Shown piece after piece: positions 9,592 to 18,473 of a stretch of 64,000 nucleotides of DNA. Source of the DNA: Escherichia phage vB_EcoM_ESCO32. Numbering within the stretch: position 1 is the first letter of the stretch; every line of letters begins with the position of its first letter. The stretch lies in the sequence record OM386658.1; one strand, given 5' to 3'. The notes under the pieces were generated by a model, which was given only the letters and a program-made list of their open reading frames with translations, made no database searches and was not told the DNA's origin. The translations under genes and the position numbers were made by a program.

Positions 9592-10090
9592 GTATGATCG
9601 TCCACCAACTGATTACTATCCTACTCCACAAAAATGTATAAATGCATTATTTAGTGTAATAGATTTTAATAACCTTAAAGAAGAAGGTTTTATTTTTGCA
9701 GAACCGTGTAAAGGCGCTGCTGCTGCAATTTATCAACATTTTCCAGAAGGATCAGAATATTGTGAGTTAGAAGAAGGGAAGGATTATTTTAACCACGAAT
9801 GGCATACTAAGCCGGATATTATAATCACAAATCCACCATTCAGACTTGCACTTGAGTTCTTGCAAAAGAGCTTAAAAGAAGCAGACGTTTGCATATACTT
9901 GTTGCGTCTTGGGTTCCTAGAGTCTATTAAACGAAGGGAATTCCATAAACAGAATCCACCAACAAATTTGATTGTTCTTTCTGAACGACCATCTTTTGTT
10001 GCAGGTGGTACTGATAAGACAGCATATGCTTGGTACGTCTACGACCCAAAAAACAGGCTGGGTTTAACTCAACCTTTCTATTTTGTTTAA
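9581..10090 (+). CDS. putative DNA N6-adenine (amino-) methyltransferase
   Basis: 169 aa, GTG start; NPPF catalytic tetrapeptide (motif IV) downstream of YYPTP and AEPCKGAAAA AdoMet-like segment. Confidence 0.55.
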   Translation: MANKYDRPPTDYYPTPQKCINALFSVIDFNNLKEEGFIFAEPCKGAAAAIYQHFPEGSEYCELEEGKDYFNHEWHTKPDIIITNPPFRLALEFLQKSLKEADVCIYLLRLGFLESIKRREFHKQNPPTNLIVLSERPSFVAGGTDKTAYAWYVYDPKNRLGLTQPFYFV

Positions 10091-10103
10091 GAGGAGCATT
10101 TTT

Positions 10104-10334
10104 ATGACCGAGAAATTTATTGTTACTATGGAACTCACCTTTGATGAAGAAGATTTTGATCTTCATGTATCAACTAAAGCAGATAACATTCACACAACAC
10201 AGAGTGTTGCAATCGCTATGTTCTTTAAGCAAGCAATTGCAAAACAAGCTGAAGTGTGTGCTGGTTTAGCTGTAGAGTACGCAGAAGTTGTCAAGGTTCT
10301 TGAAAGTGCTCGCAACAACGATTGGGATGAATAA
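10104..10334 (+). CDS. hypothetical protein
   Basis: Track ORF 10083..10334 trimmed to ATG 10104 after GAGGAG. Confidence 0.5.
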   Translation: MTEKFIVTMELTFDEEDFDLHVSTKADNIHTTQSVAIAMFFKQAIAKQAEVCAGLAVEYAEVVKVLESARNNDWDE

Positions 10335-10537
10335 TGGCATACAATTACTATCTGGTATATTTTAACGAAACTAAGAAAAAAGACACAGGAACTAATGTTT
10401 ATGCGGAATCCGAAGAACACGCAAAAGCTATTGGTTCAGTGCTTCTTTCTAGAATAGCAGGTGAAGAAATTCCTGTAGAGGCTATCTTTGCAGAAGTTGA
10501 CCCTGATATTCAAGAAGATGATATTACCACTACTTAA
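10334..10537 (+). CDS. hypothetical acidic protein
   Basis: Track ORF; TAATG overlap with upstream stop. Confidence 0.45.
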   Translation: MAYNYYLVYFNETKKKDTGTNVYAESEEHAKAIGSVLLSRIAGEEIPVEAIFAEVDPDIQEDDITTT

Positions 10538-10540
10538 CTG

Positions 10541-10569
10541 TTGACTTTAACATTAAGGTAGTGCATACT
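10541..10569 (+). promoter_or_regulatory. sigma70-like promoter upstream of recombinase gene
   Basis: TTGACT - 17 nt - CATACT; approx. Confidence 0.4.
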
Positions 10570-10594
10570 TCCTGCAACAGAACAGGAGGGTATT

Positions 10595-11257
10595 ATGAAG
10601 TTTGTACTGTATCATCGACTTTCTAAGAAGAAACAACAAGGCAACCAGTATGGTATAGAATCACAGGAAGCAGATATCCAACGCTTCCTGGATTCACAAG
10701 AAAATTATACTATTGTAGGTAGCTTTGCAGAGTTTTATTCTGGTAAAGGCGATTGGAAGCAACGTAGAGAGCTTGTAAAAGCTGTTAATCTTTGCAAAGA
10801 AACAGGTGCTACACTTGTTGTTGCTAAGGTTGACCGTCTGGGACGTAACACAGCTTCTGTTGCAACCTTGTTAGAGATGATTAATGTACGGATAGCAACT
10901 ATGCCCTCCGCTGAAAATATGATAATAAATATTTTAGCAGTTCTGGCAGAAGAAGAGGCTCGTGCAATATCTGATCGTGTTAAGAAGAGCCTTAAGGTAG
11001 CAAAAGCGAAGGGAACGCTTCTTGGTGCAGCAAACCCTAAATACAAAAGAACAGATTATACGAAAACGGAAGAAGCAAAACGCTCAAGAGAGTTTGCGCT
11101 TTCTTTAAAAGATTCTTTAGTTGCATACAGAGCTTGTAAAACGCCATATATGACGATTGCAAAGCATCTGAATGAATCAGGAAAGAGAACTATTCGTGGG
11201 AGTTTGTTCGATGCCAAAGCGGTACAACGTCTTTGTGCAAAATTGAATATTAAATAA
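10595..11257 (+). CDS. serine recombinase (resolvase/invertase family)
   Basis: 220 aa; N-terminal YHRLSKKKQ with catalytic Ser, VAKVDRLGRN matches the resolvase DRLGR motif, AVLAEEEARAISDRVKKSLKVAKAKG region, C-terminal HTH-like tail. Confidence 0.8.
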   Translation: MKFVLYHRLSKKKQQGNQYGIESQEADIQRFLDSQENYTIVGSFAEFYSGKGDWKQRRELVKAVNLCKETGATLVVAKVDRLGRNTASVATLLEMINVRIATMPSAENMIINILAVLAEEEARAISDRVKKSLKVAKAKGTLLGAANPKYKRTDYTKTEEAKRSREFALSLKDSLVAYRACKTPYMTIAKHLNESGKRTIRGSLFDAKAVQRLCAKLNIK

Positions 11258-11266
11258 GGAGGAAAC

Positions 11267-11470
11267 ATGGCAGTTCAATCTTTTGAGGAGACTGTTAAAA
11301 AACAATTCCTATCGAAGCGAGCGATGGTTGAATTTTTGCATTTTCTCGAAGTAGATAGGGTACTTATTGAGACTACACCAGATGGTAACTGGCAAGTCTC
11401 GTATATTGCCACCAGGCATATCGTAGACAGTACGAAAGAAGAAAGTTCGGAAGTTACGGTTGCTAGTTAA
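11267..11470 (+). CDS. hypothetical protein
   Basis: Track ORF; AAGGAGG SD. Confidence 0.55.
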   Translation: MAVQSFEETVKKQFLSKRAMVEFLHFLEVDRVLIETTPDGNWQVSYIATRHIVDSTKEESSEVTVAS

Positions 11471-11481
11471 AGGAGTTAAAT

Positions 11482-12054
11482 ATGCGTTTAGCTTTTAACG
11501 GGAAGATAAGCACAGCAAACATATTGTCAGCAGTAGGATTATTAGGTAAAAAATTCACACCTTTCAGTTTACCAGTTTGTGTAGATTTTGATCATGTGTT
11601 TGATATTAATAATCCTTCACGTTGTATCGCCAGAAGTAATATTGATAACCCAAGTGAAAATCTGTTTTATATTACTAAACCATCCCAAGCAATTTTGAAT
11701 CAATGGGAAGCAGGTCTGATTAAACCAGGTAAATATTTTGCATTACTACCTTGTAAATCATTGGCTATAGAGGACAGTCTAAACTATGCAAACAATCTTG
11801 TTGTTACAGCATTCATTGTCTCAGAAAAAGAAGAAACTGCGGCACTTGCAAACACTGTTAAATCTTTGTATGATGCTTTGGGTGTTACTTACACTACCTT
11901 CGTTTGTGAAGATATTCCACATTGCGTTGAATTCGTGGTGAATGGTGTAACTGTATGTCGTGTAGAAACAACTCAAGACGAAGACGTTTTTATTACTGTA
12001 GCCGATGTAATATCTGAACCTGTGTTTAGTTACGCAGTTTCATTAACACATTAA
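11482..12054 (+). CDS. hypothetical protein
   Basis: Track ORF; AAAGGAG SD. Confidence 0.6.
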   Translation: MRLAFNGKISTANILSAVGLLGKKFTPFSLPVCVDFDHVFDINNPSRCIARSNIDNPSENLFYITKPSQAILNQWEAGLIKPGKYFALLPCKSLAIEDSLNYANNLVVTAFIVSEKEETAALANTVKSLYDALGVTYTTFVCEDIPHCVEFVVNGVTVCRVETTQDEDVFITVADVISEPVFSYAVSLTH

Positions 12055-12064
12055 GGAGAAGGGG

Positions 12065-12391
12065 ATGAAAATAACGACAGAACAGGCTTTAATAGACAAA
12101 GGAAGGGAAATCTTAGAAAGTCATTTGGAGGATATTCAAAGGACTCCAGGGTATCTCGGCTGGCGTATACAAGAAGCCGTCGATTTTCTACCCCGTAAAA
12201 ATAAAGAGATTGAAGTAAGATCTCTATTCCTCCTTGTTAAAGTAGATGGTGACGCTATATACAAAGATGTAGCGTCTCACATTGAACAAATAGAAGAAAA
12301 AGCCTACAAAGAATTTGCAGATCTTGTTGTAGAACATAATATAGAAGGTAAAGTTAATATCTTTATACTTATGGATTTTGAGGAGAGTTGA
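12065..12391 (+). CDS. hypothetical protein
   Basis: Track ORF; AAGGAG SD. Confidence 0.6.
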   Translation: MKITTEQALIDKGREILESHLEDIQRTPGYLGWRIQEAVDFLPRKNKEIEVRSLFLLVKVDGDAIYKDVASHIEQIEEKAYKEFADLVVEHNIEGKVNIFILMDFEES

Positions 12392-13134
12392 TGTTAGTAT
12401 ATCAAGAAATTAGTGTAAAAGATGATCAAGACCTGTTTATTATTGGTGATTTACATGGTTGCTTTGATTTGTATCAGAAGGGTGTTAATACTTTAGGTAT
12501 CCGAGATCAAGATGTTGTTGTATCTTTAGGAGATCTTACAGATCGCGGCAAGCAGAATTTTCGTTGTGTTGTTGAATTCACCAGAAAGCTAAATCGTTAT
12601 GGTATTCGTGGAAATCATGAAGATATGATGATTAAAGGGTTGCTAGAAGGTGATAGACGATATTACGAATGTTGGTTTCAGAACGGAGGCCATACAGTTC
12701 TAGACGAGTGTGGAGAAGAGGGTGCAACTGCTCTTGCTTTGATGCTAGAAGATTTACCTGTTGTACTTGTTGTCAATTATCGTAATATGAAACTAGGCTT
12801 TATTCACGGTGGGTATCCTTCAGTTTTGGAACATTTACCAGTAACAGAAGTTTTGCCATTTTGTTTGAATATGAATAAAGAGCAAGTTTCTCGATTCACA
12901 GAATCTTTAATGTGGGATCGTGATATGATAGATTGCGCACTTGAAGGGATTCTTCTTCCTAGGGTTTCAGGAGTAGATTATGTATTTCACGGGCATTCTT
13001 ATGTTCCTAAACCTGTAATTAGCAGTAATAGGGTATATATGGACACAGGATCTTGCTTCAATGGTAATTTAACCTTTGCATATTTTGATGATTCAAATAC
13101 GTTACAATTTTATTCTACTTTAGAGGAGGATTAA
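12391..13134 (+). CDS. Ser/Thr protein phosphatase (calcineurin-like metallophosphoesterase, lambda-PPase type)
   Basis: Motifs GDLHGC, GDLTDRG, GNHE in canonical order; ATG 12391 after GAGGAG. Confidence 0.8.
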   Translation: MLVYQEISVKDDQDLFIIGDLHGCFDLYQKGVNTLGIRDQDVVVSLGDLTDRGKQNFRCVVEFTRKLNRYGIRGNHEDMMIKGLLEGDRRYYECWFQNGGHTVLDECGEEGATALALMLEDLPVVLVVNYRNMKLGFIHGGYPSVLEHLPVTEVLPFCLNMNKEQVSRFTESLMWDRDMIDCALEGILLPRVSGVDYVFHGHSYVPKPVISSNRVYMDTGSCFNGNLTFAYFDDSNTLQFYSTLEED

Positions 13135-13454
13135 TGTATAAAATCACAATTAAAGAAACAGTAGGAGAACTTACGAAAGAAACTACTATTGAGACGGAAG
13201 ATGTTGAGTTAGTCCAAGAGCTTTTATTTCCAAAACCAGAAATAAAAGACAATGATGAACAGTTGGATGAAGATAATGAGACAGCAAGGGATAAATGGAA
13301 GAAACAATTAGCGGAGATTTGGAAAAAGCCTGAAGTAACTCCTCCATACGATCCTCGTAGACCTTATTATCCTTGGGAAATTGGAAGCCCTTGGTTTACG
13401 TACCCTATTACTCCAATTGTTAATCCAATTGTTACTCCCAATATTACTTGTTAA
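13134..13454 (+). CDS. hypothetical Pro-rich protein
   Basis: Track ORF; GGAGG SD. Confidence 0.5.
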   Translation: MYKITIKETVGELTKETTIETEDVELVQELLFPKPEIKDNDEQLDEDNETARDKWKKQLAEIWKKPEVTPPYDPRRPYYPWEIGSPWFTYPITPIVNPIVTPNITC

Positions 13455-13464
13455 GGAGAAAACC

Positions 13465-14043
13465 ATGAGCGATTTATTCTACACAGGTGTTGGTAGCAGA
13501 GATATTACAGACGAAGAATGGGATACTATGGTATCTGTTGCAAAATGGTTATCTACATGGTTCATTTTGCGGTCTGGTAAAGCAGAAGGTGCAGATTCCG
13601 CATTTGAATGCGGGGTATATGATAGTGGGAACAATACGAAGAAAGAAATATACATCCCTTGGCTCTCGTTTAAAGGTAATGAGATAGAGGGAGAGGTTAT
13701 TGTTCTTGACAGACCAGATAGTGTAAACTATGCTTTAACCTTACAATATGCAAAAGAATTGCATCCAGCTTGGGACAGATTATCTCAAGGTGCTAAAAAA
13801 TTACATCAAAGAAATATCCACCAAGTTCTTGGAAGAGATCTTGAGAATCCAAAACCATCTTGTTTTCTTTTAGCTTGTGCAAATACAGATAAAAATGGAG
13901 ATCCTTTAGGTGGTACAAGAACAGCTTGGATGTTGGCTAAAAAGTTTAATGTCCCTTGTTTTAATATTCGAGGTAAAAGTAAAAAACAAATTTTCGAATT
14001 TATTAAGCCTATTTTAGAGGAGAATGGTCTTGTCCAGAAATAA
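13465..14043 (+). CDS. DprA/Smf-like (SLOG Rossmann) protein
   Basis: Track ORF trimmed to ATG 13465 after AAGGAG; GVGSRDITDEE...LRSGKAEGADSAFE fits the GSR...SG.A.G.D pattern of DprA/LOG-type Rossmann domains. Confidence 0.5.
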   Translation: MSDLFYTGVGSRDITDEEWDTMVSVAKWLSTWFILRSGKAEGADSAFECGVYDSGNNTKKEIYIPWLSFKGNEIEGEVIVLDRPDSVNYALTLQYAKELHPAWDRLSQGAKKLHQRNIHQVLGRDLENPKPSCFLLACANTDKNGDPLGGTRTAWMLAKKFNVPCFNIRGKSKKQIFEFIKPILEENGLVQK

Positions 14044-14548
14044 TATAAGCGTCATTAAAGATAGTTTTATTGATGTAACAAACGATATTGTACCTACAAT
14101 ACAATATATAGTTGAGGCACAAGGTTTAAACTTTATACGTGATAAAGTTAAGATTGTTTTTCATAACACTCCAGGTTTTGTAATAGTAGATTCAACAAAA
14201 ACGATGTATCCTACAGATCTGATTACTTTAGACAAAAACTTAACACAAGAAGAAGTAGAAATTCTTAACCTCTATTGGTTAGGTTTTAAAAGATACGAGG
14301 ATACAGCTTTATCCCGAATGTCAACTATTTTAGCTAACATTCTGGTTCGGAAAATTTCTAAACTATGGGATGAAGAAAACCCAGATGAAATAGTTTTACA
14401 CTTTGCTAAACCGGAAGACGGGGCATATGATATAGACACATCTGAAATGGCTTACGGGTTTATTATTTCTGGTAATGTATTACAGATGGAATCTTTATTG
14501 TATGTTGAGACAGTAAAACACAATAACAACTACGAGGAGGTTGTATGA
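14024..14548 (+). CDS. hypothetical protein
   Basis: Track ORF; SD is very close to ATG 14024, so in-frame TTG 14030 may be the true start. Confidence 0.5.
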   Translation: MVLSRNNISVIKDSFIDVTNDIVPTIQYIVEAQGLNFIRDKVKIVFHNTPGFVIVDSTKTMYPTDLITLDKNLTQEEVEILNLYWLGFKRYEDTALSRMSTILANILVRKISKLWDEENPDEIVLHFAKPEDGAYDIDTSEMAYGFIISGNVLQMESLLYVETVKHNNNYEEVV

Positions 14549-14802
14549 AAGGTTTAGAGTTTAACTTTGTAGATGCGTGGGAAGGATGGGATGAACTAGG
14601 AGTAGGGGATTTATGTTTTTATGATGTTACCTTGAAGGAAGAATACAAACATCTAGCTCCTAGTGAAGATTGCGATGTGATTCTATCTATCCTATTAAGT
14701 CAGTCTATAGTGCAATTTGATTTTCTAAAAGGTAGTGAGTGTATTGAAAGTAAAGCATTCCGTTTAGAAGTTTCTCTTGGTGAAGAAGTTCCTGTAGAAT
14801 AA
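14545..14802 (+). CDS. hypothetical protein
   Basis: Track ORF; GAGGAGG SD. Confidence 0.55.
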   Translation: MKGLEFNFVDAWEGWDELGVGDLCFYDVTLKEEYKHLAPSEDCDVILSILLSQSIVQFDFLKGSECIESKAFRLEVSLGEEVPVE

Positions 14803-14805
14803 TAT

Positions 14806-14829
14806 AAACCCGCTTCGGCGGGTTTTTTG
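14806..14829 (+). terminator. rho-independent terminator
   Basis: CCCGC-TTCG-GCGGG hairpin plus TTTTTT. Confidence 0.65.
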
Positions 14830-14858
14830 TTGACAACACCAGTTTTTTCGAATAAACT
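14830..14858 (+). promoter_or_regulatory. sigma70-like promoter
   Basis: TTGACA - 17 nt - TAAACT directly after the terminator, about 25 nt before gene 14885. Confidence 0.45.
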
Positions 14859-14884
14859 ACAGAAAAACAGAAGAGGAGATTAGC

Positions 14885-15295
14885 ATGTATTATAGTGATT
14901 ATTTTGTAAACCCAACAAAAGAACAACTTCAATCAGCAGTGGATAAGATGCAGATTGTAGTTAAAGAATGTGAGAAAATAAGAAAACAACTACAAGAAGA
15001 GACTGTTGTTGCTAATAAATGGTTTGGTCTTAAGAAGAAAGTTGTTAGTAAACACGATATCATCCTTGAAAAAGCAAAAACGACAGGAACTAGTTACGCC
15101 TTACAAGCCTTGTTACTAAATTACATTGATATAGAACAACATTCTCTTCTGCACTGTTGGCTTAACAGCCCTGGTATTGAGGATCTCTTGTTCTGGTTAT
15201 CGTGTGAATCTGTACTTTTAAATGAGAATGAGGCTTATCGTTTAAACTTCTGCCTCAAGGCAGAATTACCAGCTAGTGTTAAGGAGAAGAAGTAA
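14885..15295 (+). CDS. hypothetical protein
   Basis: Track ORF; AGAGGAG SD. Confidence 0.6.
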   Translation: MYYSDYFVNPTKEQLQSAVDKMQIVVKECEKIRKQLQEETVVANKWFGLKKKVVSKHDIILEKAKTTGTSYALQALLLNYIDIEQHSLLHCWLNSPGIEDLLFWLSCESVLLNENEAYRLNFCLKAELPASVKEKK

Positions 15296-15297
15296 TA

Positions 15298-16287
15298 ATG
15301 AAAGTTTTAAGTCTTTTTGATGGTATGTCAGGAGGAATGCTTGCGCTAAAAAGTGCAGGTATTGAAGTAGATACATATTATGCTTCAGAATTAGACAAAT
15401 TCGCCATAGCTGAAAGCCAAGCAAATTTTCCAGATATTATTCAGTTAGGTGATGTTACAAAATGGAGAGAATGGGATATTCCGTGGGGAGAAATTGATCT
15501 TTTGTTAGGTGGTAGTCCGTGTCAAGGCTTCTCTTCTTCTGGTAAGGGTTTGAACTTTCAAGATCCGCGATCTAAGCTATTCTTCGAATATGTTGAGATT
15601 CTTGAACATATTAAAAAGTTTAACCCTAATGTTAAGTTCATGCTTGAAAACGTTAAGATGAAAGTGGAGTGGGAAAACGTGATCACAAGTTACTTAGGTG
15701 TTGATCCCGTATTCATTAACTCCGCAGATTTCACGGCACAAAATAGACAACGTTTATACTGGTGCAACTGGGAAATAAAACCTTGGGATATTACCAATGA
15801 AGTGTTGCAAGATATCATTGAAGATGATAGTATCGTAGACAGAGATAAGGCTTATTGCATAGATGCAAATTATGCCAAAGGTGGTAATATAGAACAGTAT
15901 TTTGAAAAGAGTCGCAGACAACTGGTTTTTTATCCGGCAGCAATATATGGGCGTAGAATTAATGAAAATGGTAAACGTAGTACATCTAAAACTGATCGTT
16001 TGGTACATTGTTTGGAAGTTCAGGACAGTGAAAAAACTCGTTGCCTCACGACTGTGCCTAAAGACGTACTATTAGCCTACATTCCACCTGGAAGATATCT
16101 AGATGCCTTTGAAAAATTGAGTGAAGGCGTACATTATAGAAAGTTAACGGTTAAAGAGTGTTGCCGCTTGCAAGGTGTGCCAGATGATTACTTTAAAGTG
16201 AGTAGTAACACACAAGCATATAAGATGTTAGGCAATGGTTGGACTATACCTGTCATTGCACATATTCTTAAATGTATGGAGGAATAA
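15298..16287 (+). CDS. DNA (cytosine-5)-methyltransferase
   Basis: 329 aa; motif I LSLFDGMSGG, motif IV GGSPCQGFS, motif VI ENV, C-terminal RLQGVPDDY and GNGW. Confidence 0.85.
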   Translation: MKVLSLFDGMSGGMLALKSAGIEVDTYYASELDKFAIAESQANFPDIIQLGDVTKWREWDIPWGEIDLLLGGSPCQGFSSSGKGLNFQDPRSKLFFEYVEILEHIKKFNPNVKFMLENVKMKVEWENVITSYLGVDPVFINSADFTAQNRQRLYWCNWEIKPWDITNEVLQDIIEDDSIVDRDKAYCIDANYAKGGNIEQYFEKSRRQLVFYPAAIYGRRINENGKRSTSKTDRLVHCLEVQDSEKTRCLTTVPKDVLLAYIPPGRYLDAFEKLSEGVHYRKLTVKECCRLQGVPDDYFKVSSNTQAYKMLGNGWTIPVIAHILKCMEE

Positions 16288-16409
16288 TGGAAACATTGTG
16301 GAAAGGCTGGAAGACTGCTCTGATAGCTTTTATAATTCCATTAACTTTTCTTGGTTGGTGTTTTTGGGAATTTATCTTTTGGTTAATTTCCCATATACAT
16401 TGGGGGTAA
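16287..16409 (+). CDS. small hydrophobic peptide, 40 aa
   Basis: ORF below threshold, TAATG overlap with methyltransferase stop; predicted TM helix. Confidence 0.35.
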   Translation: METLWKGWKTALIAFIIPLTFLGWCFWEFIFWLISHIHWG

Positions 16410-16410
16410 T

Positions 16411-17019
16411 ATGACTCAAAAAGTTGCATATCAAGTAGATCGTGAAGATGGTGAAGGTAGTGTTGTAGTTTTTGATACACATGGCCTTGCAGCAAGACGC
16501 AAAGGAGCTTGTCTACTGGACATTGGTGGTGAAGATGAATACTGCACTGTACGTAGAGTAAAAGAATTTGATCAATATGCTGAAAAAGGTTTTGTACCTG
16601 TGAAAGCACTATTAGAAGCTGGATGGTGGATACCTAGTGCACATGATTATGATATTTTGGAAGATACAGATGAATTCAACAGCGAGGATTTTGTTTTTTC
16701 TCTGGATGAAAAATGCGTTTGGAAAGACTGGGATGAAATGGAACGCCATGCTTATTTTATAAACGAAGCATTAGATCGTAAAACTTGGTTTGAAAATACA
16801 GTTAAAGCAGCGTATCCTCAATTTACTTTTACACAGTTTTGGGGTGGCCCACATCATATTACTCATACAGCATATTTCGAGTTCCCAGGTTCACGTTATA
16901 AAGGTACTGTTTATTGGGATTGGGACGAGGACAAAGAACCTTCTGCTCAAGACTTCCGTTGCTATGTTTGTCAAGGTGATCAAGAAGCCCTTGACAAGTA
17001 CCTTAAAAGTCTGGTATAA
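16411..17019 (+). CDS. hypothetical protein
   Basis: Track ORF. Confidence 0.6.
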   Translation: MTQKVAYQVDREDGEGSVVVFDTHGLAARRKGACLLDIGGEDEYCTVRRVKEFDQYAEKGFVPVKALLEAGWWIPSAHDYDILEDTDEFNSEDFVFSLDEKCVWKDWDEMERHAYFINEALDRKTWFENTVKAAYPQFTFTQFWGGPHHITHTAYFEFPGSRYKGTVYWDWDEDKEPSAQDFRCYVCQGDQEALDKYLKSLV

Positions 17020-17035
17020 TCCGTAAAACTTAACC

Positions 17036-17061
17036 AAAGCCCCCAGGCAGGGGCTTTATTT
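17036..17061 (+). terminator. rho-independent terminator
   Basis: GCCCC-caggca-GGGGC hairpin plus TTTATTT. Confidence 0.55.
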
Positions 17062-17074
17062 GTCTGGAGAATAT

Positions 17075-17605
17075 ATGGGTTTTGATGACATGTTATTATA
17101 TGAGGAGGCTTGTGTGAAAGAAGCTATGGCTTTACCAGTTTTATCTATTGATATTACAACAGTAGACACTTTTTCAGATTGTGAAACGTGTGGATCGTAT
17201 TCGTCTATTGTACATGAGGTTAGTGGGGATTTAGGCACTTACGAAGATGGAGATTATGCAAGTTGTTTAGGTGATAATCGAGATGGTGAAGTGGCGAATG
17301 TTGCAAACTGGATTGCTTCTAAGTTAAAAGAAAGAAATCGTCCGTTCCCTAATCTTCTTACACCAGAAGCTATGCTTAAAGCTGAACAAGAGATGTATGA
17401 TTATGGTTATAAAGTAGATTATGACTATAATGATCCTAAATATAAAAAATTGAGTGACAAGTATTGGGAACTAGCTAATGCTTATGATAAATACTACTCT
17501 ACAGAAAACATTGTTAAATTGTTTTTAGATTTTGGAGTAGAAATTAATTGGGATTTCGAAGAGGAAGAGCGTTACGACGCATCTTCTTGGGATGATGATT
17601 ACTAA
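17075..17605 (+). CDS. hypothetical acidic protein
   Basis: Track ORF 17060..17605 trimmed to first ATG. Confidence 0.55.
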   Translation: MGFDDMLLYEEACVKEAMALPVLSIDITTVDTFSDCETCGSYSSIVHEVSGDLGTYEDGDYASCLGDNRDGEVANVANWIASKLKERNRPFPNLLTPEAMLKAEQEMYDYGYKVDYDYNDPKYKKLSDKYWELANAYDKYYSTENIVKLFLDFGVEINWDFEEEERYDASSWDDDY

Positions 17606-17616
17606 GAGGATATTGA

Positions 17617-18429
17617 ATGCGAAGAGTAATTTTTGTTAGTGGCGCAGGTTTAAGTGCAGACAGTGGGATTCGAACGTTCCGAACAGACACAGATAGTGGT
17701 CGTGCCTTATGGGAAGAATATGACTTAGAAGAGGTCTGCGATATTGGAGCTTTCCAAGCAGGTTATCGTGTGAGAACATCTCCAGATCTTCCAGTGGTCG
17801 GTGGTGTAGACGAGAACGGTATGGACTTGTATGCCAAAACACACGAATTTTATAACAAAAGACGTGTTGAGCTTAAAGATGTACAACCTAATGCTGCACA
17901 TATTCAAATAGCAAGGTGGTTTAAGGAATATCCTAACCAAGTAGTAAACTTGACAACAAACGTTGATGACCTACTAGAGCGAGCAGGTGTAGACAGGGAT
18001 TCTGTTATTCACGTGCACGGATATCTTCCTGAAGTAGTTTACCGTATGCATCCTGGAGATTACAAAACACTGGTAGACATTGGTTACAATAGTATAAACA
18101 TAGATGATTATAACTGGGTGAAGCCTAATGTTGTATTTTTTGGTGAGGCTGCACCTTTGTATGCAGATATGGCTCACTTGTTTGATACTTTGACCATGCA
18201 AGATTTGGTTGTTGTAGTAGGATGTTCAAACCAAGTTATCAATTTTAATTGGGAATTATTCCCTGCACTTAATATGGGTACAAAAATGATCGTTGTTAAC
18301 CCAGGAATTAATTACGAAGAAACTCTTCTTTACGAAGATAGAGGAGTCTTTGTTTATAGAGAAAAGGCAGCAGATGCTTTTAGCAATCCTGCTTTCATAA
18401 AAATGATAGAAGATCATTTGACTAAGTAA
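17617..18429 (+). CDS. Sir2-family (sirtuin-like) NAD-binding protein
   Basis: 270 aa; N-terminal VIFVSGAGLSADSGIRTFR matches the Sir2 GAGISxxxGIPxFR motif; GGAG SD. Confidence 0.7.
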   Translation: MRRVIFVSGAGLSADSGIRTFRTDTDSGRALWEEYDLEEVCDIGAFQAGYRVRTSPDLPVVGGVDENGMDLYAKTHEFYNKRRVELKDVQPNAAHIQIARWFKEYPNQVVNLTTNVDDLLERAGVDRDSVIHVHGYLPEVVYRMHPGDYKTLVDIGYNSINIDDYNWVKPNVVFFGEAAPLYADMAHLFDTLTMQDLVVVVGCSNQVINFNWELFPALNMGTKMIVVNPGINYEETLLYEDRGVFVYREKAADAFSNPAFIKMIEDHLTK

Positions 18430-18436
18430 CTTAACC

Positions 18437-18460
18437 AAGGGGGCGAAAGCCCCTTTTCTT
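18437..18460 (+). terminator. rho-independent terminator
   Basis: GGGGC-GAAA-GCCCC hairpin plus TTTT. Confidence 0.6.
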
Positions 18461-18473
18461 ATAGGAGAATATT

